Source: Acanthaster planci (lineage: Eukaryota). From it: DNA of 44,271 nucleotides. Position 1 is the stretch's first letter; each line of letters starts with the position of its first letter. Shown in pieces: positions 9,052-21,450 of the stretch. The stretch is from contig NW_019091358.1 of NCBI RefSeq assembly GCF_001949145.1, positions 2,366,240 through 2,410,510 on the forward strand, in the 5' to 3' direction. The notes beneath the pieces are model-generated. The model saw only the letters and a program-made list of their open reading frames with translations. It made no database searches and was not told the DNA's origin. Position numbers and translations under genes: made by a program.

Positions 9052-12000
9052 CTCTTTCTGATTATTCGGAAGAGGTGACATAATTTTTTCAATAAACCTC
9101 ACATACGTTTGGGCAAGTTGGCAGTTAAATTCACAGAGCTCACGGTACATTTTTGGTGGTACCCTAGCATGACATGTAAATTGCAGATGAGACCAAGGCC
9201 GAACGGCAAACTTTTCGCGGTGCTTTTCACATCGTTATAAAAGTGGCATACATTTCATTCGGTTTCTTTCCCTTCTCTTTCACAAATTGCACGATCATTC
9301 CAGCCAGAATAGAATTAATTCACCAACATCCAAAACATGAAGGCAAAATCATTTCTTTTTATTGAAAAACGATATCCACAAGCACAGCGTTAATGCTGCT
9401 GAAGGCCGTTCTGTTCAGTTCTACGGTGTGTGTTTTATTATTTTATGGGGGTGTTGTGTTTGTTGAGATATTCCCCTTTTATGATGTGACCTATGAAAGA
9501 GCTTTACAAAATTAAGCGGCAATGATGCAAATTTTGTAATGGGAAAACGGCGATTAAAAAAGAAAAGCTTCAGCAAGAGAAAATCAAATAATTTACACCT
9601 GTCAAAACAGAGTAAGTCTGAGAGGCTGGAAAATGTCAAAGGCAAAAACTGATGAGAGCATTTTGCCTCCTGTTCGTTTGGATACCATGAGATGCCTTTT
9701 TGCCTGCGCTGCTATTGCGGTGTATCACAATGTACACACTTACTAGCAAACATGAGCTCATTTATTTTTTTCAACAAGAACGTGATCATTTTAGCCAAAT
9801 TTCCTGCCCGTCATTTGCATTTCTGCTCTCTGATGGCCTGAGTAAACATAGATTAAAATCGAGCCGCTATTAATCAATTTTCCCGCCGATAATTGAGTGT
9901 TCAAATCCACCCCGCGTGAATGGGTTCAAGGGGATGGCAAAGTGTACCTTGCCTCCTGCAGGGGGAGGTCATTAATCTTTCAGAGCGAGAGGAGGCGTAT
10001 TTTGCCGATGTGGTGGAATTTTGTTAATCCACATTAACCTGTAAATTGCAACTCATGTCGTGGCGGGAGAGCTGCAATACGCTTCCCACCATGCAATGTT
10101 TCAAAGTGGAACCGTCCAGATATTGCCCAAAAACAAAATACTGCAAAGCCGTATAAGGCTAAAGTGTGCAGGATTTTGAAAAACAAAACGTTTGAAAAAA
10201 GCACACGCTCGTTCTAAATTTCTCTTGAGATTTCATTGGCTACCCTTCAGACATCAGATTGAGAATCTCCCCTCTATTGCCAGTAAATCTATTCATTTTC
10301 TTTTCTGCTAACGCATTGTTTCAAATCTGCCGAGTTATAAATGTGATCTTTTTATTATATCATGTTTTATGCATTAATGAACGTCATCGTTTTTCAAACT
10401 GGTTAAATTACTTATCTTTTCAAAGCTGAATCGACCAAGTGCAAAACACTGATAACTCCCCCTCCTTGCAACCTAACCATTCTAATTCTAACGTGTCTGT
10501 TTCACAGTTCTTTGAACTCGAAACTGAATAAAAATTTAACCTGCGCCAATACAAGGACATATTCATGAAAATGTGTGGGGAAAAGGTTCTGGCTGTACGA
10601 ACAACGCGATTCTATAAGCAAAACGGAACAGATCTATCAATCACTCTATCAATTTGATACGCACAAAATTAATTCACGTGGACAACATGCACCAGGAAGG
10701 AGACACCTCTGCCAGCGCTTGTCCGACCAGGGCTGTTAACACATGTCAAGTTCTTTTTGAAAACCTGACAGGTTTATATTTTTCTCAGATAAAAGTGGAA
10801 ATGGATGGTCCTCACCCAGGGCCATCAAATACCCTATGAGACACGGAAAGACCTTTTCAAATTGACAGGTGGTTTGAGTAAGTTCCGCTGTGCCAGCAAG
10901 ACTCTGTAAACCGTTCCCTTTCATTTTTATCCACGCAATTGAAATGGAATGGGTGAGAAAAATGCATGGCATTTCTATTAATTAAACATCGCAAGGCAAG
11001 AAATAAAGTTCACAACTTTTTAAAAAGGTGTATGCGGGATAGGCAAGTAAAAAACGAGAGTTTACAAATACGGGCACTTCGCAAAATGTTAAGGCCCTGG
11101 CGATAAAAGATGAAGACTTAAGGTAGACCAGCTCATGCTGTCCGTGAATGCTGTTCGCACTGTCAATGGAATCGTTCCGAGGAAATAAAAGTAAAAAGGG
11201 GGCTCCGTGGGGCTTTACAATGTCGACTGACTAATCATTGACCTAAACTAAGTCCCTCGGAGTGCAGTGGCCGGAGGCTGTCGGCTAAGGCACGCATCTG
11301 ACCTCAGTGTCAATCTGGCCTAAACGAAACAGCATGAACAATAATAAAGCTATTGAACGTTCATGCTGGACACTTCTCGATACGTTACACTGAATCCTAT
11401 GATCTGGAATCTATAGTGCAATATTTGCTGTATCCACGGACGTCATATAAAACGTTTGGACTCACCGTGCCCTTAATCAGCCCACATAGGTCACTGAAGT
11501 CACCAGCAGCCATCTTGTCTTGCCGAGAACAAAGGGTAATACAAAAGCTCTCCATTGATTACCTTTGTATTCAGCATGGATGATATGGCAGCCGGTGGCC
11601 TGAGTCGATGTAAGAGCATTACGACTCCACATTTTTTATATAACGTCTATGGTGGCGTCACCCAACAATTATTAGTTATTAGTCCCTCCATCTCCTTTGC
11701 AAAAAGACCGTAAATTAAAACTTTTGATCGGTGAACTGTCGGCGCCAGAATAGGATTAGACCTATGTAGAGCCTTCCGCTAGAAGATGTTGTCAATATGC
11801 ATCTCGTGAAATCCAACTCGTCATTCGTGACTAAATAATAAAGCCAAGCCATAAATTATATTTAGAAGGGGACAGTGAACAAGGAATAACCAAAAAAGTC
11901 CAATAAATTCCAATCAAGTCTTCCGTTATAACAGGCGCAAACGGCAGCCTGGCTTTATGTGTTGTGGATTTCATCATAAGGTTCCTTAGACCGACCACAA

Positions 12001-15000
12001 ATGGAACGCGCAAGTAATTCGTGAAGACATCGAATCATTGTCAACAACCCAGCTCTGTTCGTCACGAAATGGACTTCAAACATTTCCCCAGCGTCTAACA
12101 TGCTAATGCATATTTGCTGAGAGCAAAAACTAAGGAATCTCTTGGCTGCATCTTTGCCAAAGTTTTAATTCTCCTTCTGACACGTTCTTTGTTTGCAACA
12201 CCTGTCATTCGATTGGTATGCACTTTTTTTAATCTGCGGACAGCGGATAACTTTAAAGCACCAGCTGATCTCCCATGTAAGTCTTTCGGTCTATATCCTG
12301 GTTGTACACAATAACTACGAAGCTTTAACAATGTAGAAGGAAACATGGCAGAAATGCAAATATTATATTTCAACCTATCTTACTTGTTGATGATAATTAT
12401 TAATCAGTGGCTATCCAACATTGAATACACTTTCCTAACTAAAAGTTGATATTTACGTCAATTTCAGAAAAGACGTAACATAATGTGTGAAATCCTCGCT
12501 TACGGAATGACTGGGTGGCCAGCTTTAAGATCTCCTTGGAAAAATGGGACTGAACAGCACATTTGGAGCTCATACATTTTGGCCTTCACTTTTTTCCCTT
12601 ACCTTCAGATTCATGATTTCCGAGCCCCTGAGAACAATTTTGGGAGTATTCATCACGACACTGCCTATCGAATCTGATCATTTCCAAAGTATTCTCCCCT
12701 TGAAAGTAGAGGCAACAGACACGACCTCAGGGAGACAAGATAACGCAAGTAACGTTGATAACGCAATCTTCATTTTTTCCTCGATGCCCCCCAGAGGCAG
12801 CCATACACCCCCGACAGTGTCGGGTTGTGTGATGGGGATCGATATACCGAGACCTTTAGCATCGCAGACTATGAAAATTCGCCGGCCGGCCAGAAAAATG
12901 CTCCGCGTCTAGATGGCGGTAAATTGCAGCTGGTATAGATCCACTATTCACCGGCGAGAATAGCTAATGCCATTCCCAATTAGCCGCGAAGGTCACTTGT
13001 GTCAAATTTGCAATAAAACATGCTACAATTACGAGTCACAAACAATTTATGAACTTTACCCGAGTATAATTATTTCTCAGTCGCCCATTATATCTAGAAT
13101 TTTTTTCATCTGATGATTTTTCACGTTTGGCTTATGAACCCGAAAAACGACAGCCAACGACCAATGTAAGATGTAATTCAATCGATGTTTATTTTGGTCA
13201 CATACGTAGTTACTCATTAACTACTGACACGAAGGTTAAACACTGAAGAAATCAATTTCCTTTTTTTATCCGAAGGCAGCATTTTGTAAAATGCAATGAA
13301 TGCTTGTCTCGCTCAATTAAAGGTGCTATCTTACTGTTAAAATAAGCTTCACCACCCCTTTACGTTATAAGTTGCCACGAATGTTTCTTTTTTCGTCGTA
13401 TGATCTTATGATTTACAATTGCGAGATCTCTGCTCGTGCACATGCGTAGAGAGATTGTGTCGCAATGCTTTCCCGTGCCACAACTGTGATGCAACAATAA
13501 AAAGCTCAGTCAACATTTGGATCAAAATTAGGTTGACTGATATCCCTTCACCTGATCATATAGCAAGCGAGTAGAACACACTCGATCAACCGACATAATA
13601 ATTACCGCTGGTAACAACAAAAAGGGACAGTTACACAGAGCTGGACGTACATTTTGCACAGTTAATAGTTATAAACATACCGTAACATTTACTTCAGATA
13701 TGGAGTGTACTAAATACGATTTGCAAAAGACAGAGTTCATCTGCCGGTAACGTTTTTTATTGTAGAAAATGGCTTGGATTGCCTTAGCGTAAGGCATACT
13801 CAGACAAAATGACGATCTTCTTTTTTAAATCAAAAACTTCGGTGTTGAATACGTCTTTAAGTTCACAGCCGAAAATAATCAAAAACAGAGCTATGCTGAT
13901 ACTTGAAAACTAAAGTGAGATAAAAATTTAGTAAGTTTAAAAAACAATTTTTAGAAAACACCGTTTTCAAATTAATGACACAAAACCGAACAAGACACAC
14001 CGTGGAGTCGGCGCCCAAACCGCGAGTTGGTACGACAGGGTAACTCTTACCTTGCGTCGCCTAACTTGAACCAGAGAAGCTCGATAACGCAGTATAGAGA
14101 TGGTGAACAGTCAGTGCGCTGCTCCGAAAGACGACCAATTGAAAGATAACGAGAAGCGATTTACACAGGAAGCCAGGTCAGCAAGGAGCCCCCGTGCTGA
14201 GTATCAACGAAGATGCGGAAGTTGACAACACCAGAGCTTTACGTCTACTTCTGGAGGGAGATTGTAAAGAAGAAGGACAGAGAAATATAACTCAGCTTTG
14301 CTTCGGCTTGTTTATCACCACCAACTGATATTGAAAGCACATTGCTCGTTTTGGGAAACTGAGCTTAGAGTAACGACGCATGCGCTTCATTCACATAACA
14401 AACATGTCTGTTTTATCCTCCGTGATATTGTGGTACTGTTGCCAGCCTATCATTGCTATTACACGCACAAAATTATGAATTGTTTTCACACACTCGGAAA
14501 CCTTGCAGATGTCAGACGGCTCGTAGTCTTACATTTGCACTTTGAAATTTAATTTAACGTACTGATGAATTCAGTTCTGCAGCGGCATCACGTTTTATAA
14601 ACATCGGTATCATGATTTGTATAGGCAAGAGTGGTAATTCGGAGAACCAATCAGAAAGCATCGTTCAATATCCATCTCTGTGACGCCCTTGCCTCGTCTA
14701 AGTAGTGAAGTCTGTTTTCCTTTTCAACACTTATTATGCATGGTAACCAAAAACCAGCCGGGTAATTTTTATGAGGTTCAGTGTGTCTCGGATAAGTAGA
14801 GCTGGATGTGTGTGTTAAAATAAGTCCATATTAAGCCCCTGAATCGCATTCATATGTATTAAATGATAACTCAGATAAATAGCTTTAGTTGGCCATACTC
14901 CAGATGTACGTCCTTGTCAAAATTAGATTTTAAGATATTGACTCATTAACTACTAAATTTTAGGGATCAATGGTTTTGAATTCGTTTGTGGTTTGGACGT

Positions 15001-18000
15001 TTGTATTTGATCCTTGAGGGTCTGTATTTCATTGAGGGTCATTCAGTCCACTGAGTTTTATGAGACAACGTTTTTTATTTTTCTGTAACCACAGTTTTCA
15101 TTCTTGGCATTCAATTCCCCATAAATATTGTTCATCAAACTCGTACCACAGCAAATTCCAAATAACAAGTGGTTCCGCAGCTTCTGGTGATCGCGGGGTT
15201 ATCCAGATAACAGTTGTTCGCTTAGATGAATTTTCTGCTGAAAGAAACTAACACGTATTACATTTTGTAAATAAATGCAGGGGAAATAAAACAACTTTGT
15301 TTTGTTTCAAAATGAGAATTCTGCTGCTGTATTAACAGTCTTTTGTGGACCTTTTTAATTATCAGACTAACTGTAGACATAAAGAAAGAAAAATAAACAG
15401 TAATTGCACTCACCATTCTTGGAAGAATGAAATAGTTATAAATCCTGCCTTGATATTGTGGTTGCACCCAATTGGAGAAATTTTAAAGAGTGGGATGATA
15501 CCCAAAAGAATTTGAATCAAGCCAATGATTATGAAGCAGTTGTGTCATATATCAAGAACAATGCAAACACGTTCTCTTCCTAACCATATTGCATCTATCT
15601 TGAATTCTTTATCAGAGTTCGTATAAAGGGTACTCACTAGTGAAATTGAACAAAATAAAAATGTTGAAACAAATACTTATGTGCATAAAAACGAATTTTC
15701 AATGCTATAATAATGAATATGAATCCCAAGTAATGAAGCAGATGACAAATAGTAGCAGTAGTCAGAACACCTATAACTTTTTACCGAAAGCTAATAAGCC
15801 ATCAGACGTAATGCAACAATAATGGCAGTGTTCCGTTTCATAAATGATATTGTATTCCACACAATGTTGTGATAGTTAAATCAAAACATACACAGATTCG
15901 GATTGTTATTTTGCTAAATCTATTAATCCAGACAAATGTATTCCCAATGTTAAGCTTTGTCGAGAGAGAAGAGTCCACCGTGACAGGATTTTAGGCTTTT
16001 TCTGGTATCATCACCTGCACTGACTGCACAAACTATAATTTGATACGACGCATCAATAAACCACGGACTTATTATTGGTTGGTGGTGAAGCTTGTGCTGC
16101 TGAACTTTTTTTCCGTCGCACGGAACGGTCAATCGGCAAAGCATAGTTCTATCCCTCTGTCAATAGATGCTCTGTTACACCTGCACAAGAAATCTTTGAA
16201 CAAACTCCGAGGTAATACAGGAATTTATTCAGGTGTTACACAGATTGTTTGTACGGAATGCTTCACATCTGTGCAAATGAAAATAATTTCCTGAAATAAA
16301 ACTATTCTTAACACTATACTCATACACATGTGTTGCATACAGTTGCAGACTGTTTTTGAAAACTTATTGGAACGAATGGAGTTTCATTGTTACTCAAGGC
16401 GACGATTTACACGTGGCTTTCATCGCTTTCAGGAAGAAAGTCAAGTACACTGATTTTTCCCTTAGAATAAATTTACGTGTATCAAAACTATTTATAATCG
16501 GTCATCACAGCACCTAAACCAACTTAGCTTTTCGAAAATTACTGCATTTTCTGTTCCTTGATGAGATTCATTACGGACACCTCCGAAAGCTGATATGACG
16601 GGCATGCCTCATACGAGACAATATTAACTGGCATCTGGTTAGCATTTGCCATCTGCAATTGCTTACAATTTCCAGAACTGAGGATTTTGCAGAGTGTACT
16701 GATGGACGATTTGAGTCAGACCAAAAGGTAATCGTCCCTTGCGAAAGAATCTTAACTCGGCAGATACTGATGTCATATAAGGAGCATGAACAGAGCGTGA
16801 GCATTCTTCTCTTTATCCAATGCTCTCGTCCACCTACACTACTTCTTTTCATGAGTGTCAGTTCTAGGTCTGCCACTTTCAATGAAATCGACCACATCGT
16901 AAATATTCTGAACATGCCTACATCGCTGAGCTGAATCATATGATAAGTTATGTGTGGGGGAGGGGTGGCGTGCCAAAGACGAAGAATCGTAGGTCTTTCT
17001 CCATCTTTCATCTTATCACATGGAAGGATGATTGAAACGAGCTCCACTGCCAGATTCGTAAAACTTGTGATGGAAGTAGTAGCGGCGTGAAAGACCATCA
17101 ATTCATAATCATCTTCCAAAATAAAGGTTAACTAAACTCGTATTGTGCCGGGAGTGTATTGCGCAACAAGGGAGATAAACGTTACACTGATTAATTTATC
17201 TTGATAGAGAACTTGTTCGGATTCACTGTTGTCCGTCACTGGCTTGTTTAATTTAATTTTGTGATAAATAATTCAAATGAAACATTTTAAGTCTACGAAC
17301 AATGCCCATTCCACTGGCCATTTCCTCCTACTTTAGTATCCACACTATTAACAGGTCTAAAACTTGGTCCAGGCATAACAAAGATTGTTTAATATTCATG
17401 TGAACTGAGGTCATTACTGTAAGTGCGGATGCTATCTCCGGTATAAACATCTGGTCGCAGTTATTGACATTTCAAAGGGTAATATTTTGGTGCCTCACAC
17501 ACGTAGTTCATCATTTTCAAGTAAACCGATCTTCCGCAGTTCATATCGAAGCTATACTTCCTGCACATTGTTCTGAGTCTGCTGTGCCGAGGCTTACATG
17601 GTTTCGTTTGGATCTACGCAGCAATACTTTGGCAGTCAAGCTGTAAATGGTGTTTGCTCTACATCATAGCTTTGTCCGCGATTTTGAACAGATATGCAGG
17701 GTAACTGTGCGTTAGGTATGTCACACAAATAATTCCCGAAAGCTGCCAAGTTGTATTTACCAACAGAAAGAAACATGACAAAGGTCGAATATTTATTTAG
17801 ATAGTCCCGTATGGATGCTACGGAAACCATCGATCATTTAAAGTAATCCTTGTAACCAAACAAATCATCTGGGAAGCTTTTATTAATGTCGTTGATGCAC
17901 TATTTAACAAGAGGGATTCGCCTCATGCCTCCCAAAAGAATAATAAATTAGAGTGTCGTGTACAGGAGTAATGAAGTGGCCAAGGATATTATAAAGCTCG

Positions 18001-18769
18001 TGGGCTTAATAAAATCATCATTAGGTTTGCACTTAATAATCCTGAAAGTGAAGACATGTGGATTCCAGGCGATAGATTCCAGAAACAGCCGCCTGATAAT
18101 TCAGAATGCCTCATAAACAACCCATCCGATTAATTGACCTTCTCGAACTACAATTTATGCTTTCTAGCTTCCTTTTTTCCTTGTTCGTCAAACCAGCGGC
18201 ACAGTTTCGTCTTCCCAATTTGCCAGTCCGTGCAGAATCTCTTGTTACCTGAGATTAGTTAGTTGTCTGGTCCTATACCGATAAATATTCTCATCTGCTC
18301 GGTTGGCATTTCAGAAGCAATGGTTGACTGGAGAGTCTCACTGACGAACTGGTCTAATCCCGAGCCCTTGTTGAAAGATCAAGTCCAGAGTCTGACCTGG
18401 CAATCCCAGTGACGTTATCTGCCAGATTCTCCAAGGGGCCAGGTTAATCACAGACTAATTGAATGAGTACCAAACACTTCAAGATGCAGCTGCAACAGGG
18501 CAATCAGGTCTAAGAAATTAAATTGTTTGGAGAAATAAAAAAGTCGAGTAGTCCCATTTTATTCTTCAAAGCAAATCAAATTGTTCATGTCTTTTTGGAA
18601 GTAACATGCAACTAGATCTTCACATCATTCCATTCATTTTAGTATACAGAGAATACACAAACAAAAACATACAATAAAAGCAGCTACTGTATTCTAGAGT
18701 ACAATTAAGGTGGCGATAACATATTTGATTTTAACCGTACTTCGTACTGTTAAATCAGCAGTAAAATCC

Positions 18770-19156
18770 ATCCTAAATTTCCAAACGGATCAATAATTTG
18801 CAACGTCTGTTAAGCCACAACGAAACGTCTTCAAAAAATTGCTGAAGAAGGCAGGTGCCCAGCCCTTCTCGGTACTCTGGTAATATATCCTTTTACTGGA
18901 CATTATGTTGGCCATTGCCCCATCTACACGTCCCTCAAAAGTCAAAAGAAGAGCAGTAAGCAATACAATATCAATTACCGATACTAACTGCTCCACTTTG
19001 AGGCCGTAAATATATCCCCCTACTTTTGCCTTCCTTTATATTTTGTGGTTAGATTTTTTGTTTGTTCTCACTCCTGTAATTTGTAACTGATACTCTTAAT
19101 ATCAGGTTTCGCCCTTATAATAAGCGTAAGGGTAAAACCCTGTTAGTTAAATTAAC
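18770..19156 (+). mobile_element. Possible highly decayed CR1/L2-type LINE 3' fragment
   Basis: Frameshifted NGSIICN...NVFKKLLKK (~18788-18850) resembles the GxxxWNxL...FKxxLK ORF2 C-terminus. A hairpin GGTTTCGCCCTTA...TAAGGGTAAAACC (~19105-19139) followed by GTTAAATTAA resembles a LINE 3' tail. Weak; the intervening sequence is uninformative. Confidence 0.25.
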
Positions 19157-21126
19157 ATCTCCCCGACGCAAAGTACAGGTCAACTTGATATTATACACTA
19201 TGTTTCACAATCTTCTGGATTATATTAGCTGAATAGACTTGTTGGTTTCTGGTAAGTTGTCAGGAAGTATGCTGCAACTACCTTTTGTATTGCATACATA
19301 TACAGAGGTAGGATTTAGTAAAAAAAAATGAAGAGAATGTAATGATAACGGACTGAGCCACTGCGATGATTATGGTAAGTTTGCCGAAAGGCAGTTTATT
19401 AATCATCACCAACTTGACACTACCTCTTGAAACATTAAATAAAATTGCACTCGTTGAGGAATCCAAAACCGTCCATTTCCCAGGCTTACAAACTGAAATC
19501 AGTTGAATCAGGCATACTGACGAGGAGTAAATGAAATTGCTACTTTAAACCTTCATAGATATATGGGCCCTTCATAAATGCAACATATGTTGAGCCCACC
19601 AACCTTTATGCAAGTCAACAGACCACTTGATTGATTGAGAAGCGTTATGATCGCGGAGGTAATTTGTCAACGCGCGATTCTGCCAGAAATTTCTGTAGAT
19701 TACTGAAAGGGTTCAGTAGATTACTTGGGTGTAGTGCCAACAGAATATTTTTGCATTTTCCTTGTTCAATCCAACAGTTTTGGGAGGACAGTTTAAGGCA
19801 TAAAGCAAAATCACTCTCGAGGGGCAGAAGGTCGTTTAATGCCAAAGTGAGCAAAATATTACATGGTACATCTGCATACGTATGGGCATTGTGGTTGTTT
19901 CTTGTACAAAAAGGCAATCCTTATAGGGTCGCATTTCATGGATACTGCACTAGTAGATCTCCACGTGTGAGCGTTACGGATAAGCATGCGTTGCTGCTCA
20001 GACATAAACTATTTCACAAATGTGAATTTTTATTTTGTCCGATGTAAACAGGGATTTGGTACGACAAAACCGATTTAAGCCCTGTTATTTTCCCCTTTAC
20101 AGGATCTTCTTCGAAGAAGGTTGCATTCAGTTGGGTTCGGGTATAGTTGGGTCGGGATGGATTTTGTTATTTGTAGTTAGCAGCGGCGTGTACAGCTTTG
20201 GTGTTGGGGGAATTCAAAAGTGAACGCGGCTTCGGGCTCATTTCAACATGATGTTGAAGGAGAAAAACAAATCAAAAACCTTTTTCACGGTCCCGACATC
20301 GTTGCTTTATTTGCTGGTGTTGTTTTCTTAGGTTTTTGAGTGCTAATATTTGATAGATAAATAAATAGACTAACTAATTTTTTTCACCCACTTATGAAAC
20401 ATATTTTTAAGAAAATCCGTTGGGAATCCCGCCCGCAAAGTACACCACTGTTCGTTAGTTAGTTTGACACTTCTGTTCTCTTTGGACTTAAGGATTTTAC
20501 AAACAGGTGTACTCGTGAGTGTTTCCTTGATACCTCATGAATGTCCTTTATAGAGATTTCAAAAGTGCAAATTAATTTGCATCAAAGTAATGTTCCCGTT
20601 AGGCAGCAGACAGAATGAAAAAAAATAATGACATTTTCATGCACTCCATACTTGTTTTTCAATCCAACCCATACCACTTTGCACCAGTAACAAAGTACTA
20701 CAACAGATTTTATTCATGTGTCAGCCTTCGTGAATCAAATCTTCGTGAAAAGTTAACCTTTCATTTTCAGCACCAAAGATTAAATAACAGTAGCAACAAC
20801 AATATAAATTCATTACAAATTAATGGCAGTGTACATTCAGAATGATTTCTAATTTGTGATAAATTTGTATCTAGGCTAACTAATTTTAACCACATTAAAA
20901 ATGAAAGTAAGGCTTGGAAGCCAAAATAGTTTGGTACAACCCAACAGATTACACTGATTGCATGGATTCAGGAAACATAATCAAAAAAGCCTCCCTGTGA
21001 ACATGGTCTATTGCGCTGTTTAAAACATTTTAATGTTTTCCCGAACAAGTAAGAGAGCTGTTGTTGTGATGTCATTTCGGGAAGACTCTGTTCAGTTCAC
21101 AGTTTCTCTGGAATCGTACCTTACCT

Positions 21127-21450
21127 ATTTATGAAGCACTTGTAACGCTGATCAAAGCGTTATACACAAAACACTCCTAACTTGACCAAAGAAAAGAAGA
21201 AACCGAAGTAACAAAGGTACAGTAGCTAACGAGAAGAGCACATAGGGTTAAGTTGATTTACTAAAAAGATGGCCTTTTAGCAATTTCTTGAAAATGGGCA
21301 CTGAAAATCAGATTCGGATGTGTTGCAAGATCTGGAAATGCTTTGTCACCTGGGTTTTTTTATGTAAGTGGGGAATTGTCGGTTGAAGACCTATGCCCTG
21401 TCTTACATGATTGGTATAGGGAGTGTAAATCGGCCAGACTGGGGGAACCC
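21127..21450 (-). mobile_element. Decayed L2-clade LINE 3' end
   Basis: Minus strand 21337 to ~21250 translates FQILQHIRI*FSVPIFKKLLKGHLFSKST*, matching the L2 ORF2 C-terminal pattern LPxxIR...SxxxFKxxLKTHLF. The minus-strand tail TGTATAACGCTTTGATCAGCGTTACAAGTGCTTCATAAAT (ending 21127) resembles the L2 3' TGTAAAGCGCTTTGA...GCGCTATATAAAT end. Confidence 0.6.

Noticed and set aside
11286..11295. TAAGGCACGC (miR-124 5' end); similarly TAGCACCATTT at ~1239 (miR-29)
   Set aside because: Matches stop after 10-11 nt and no precursor hairpin is evident.
11588..11630. tRNA-like 5' half GCCGGTGGCCTGAGTCG...
   Set aside because: No B box or T-arm follows.
13317..13860. TTAAAGG...CTTTAA bounded Kolobok-like element
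   Set aside because: Terminal match is only ~6 bp; TIRs not convincing.
16571..17119. Longest ORF (182 aa, minus)
   Set aside because: Non-ATG start, no recognisable domain or motif, composition like random sequence.
18830..18920. FKKLLKKAG...SRYSG resembling a DIRS tyrosine recombinase HSFR region
   Set aside because: Needs frameshifts and lacks the HxxR and GRW/Y catalytic motifs; a LINE C-terminus reading is at least as plausible.
19645..19917. LNDL...KCK pattern resembling LINE reverse transcriptase
   Set aside because: No (Y/F)ADD motif and spacing is about half that expected.
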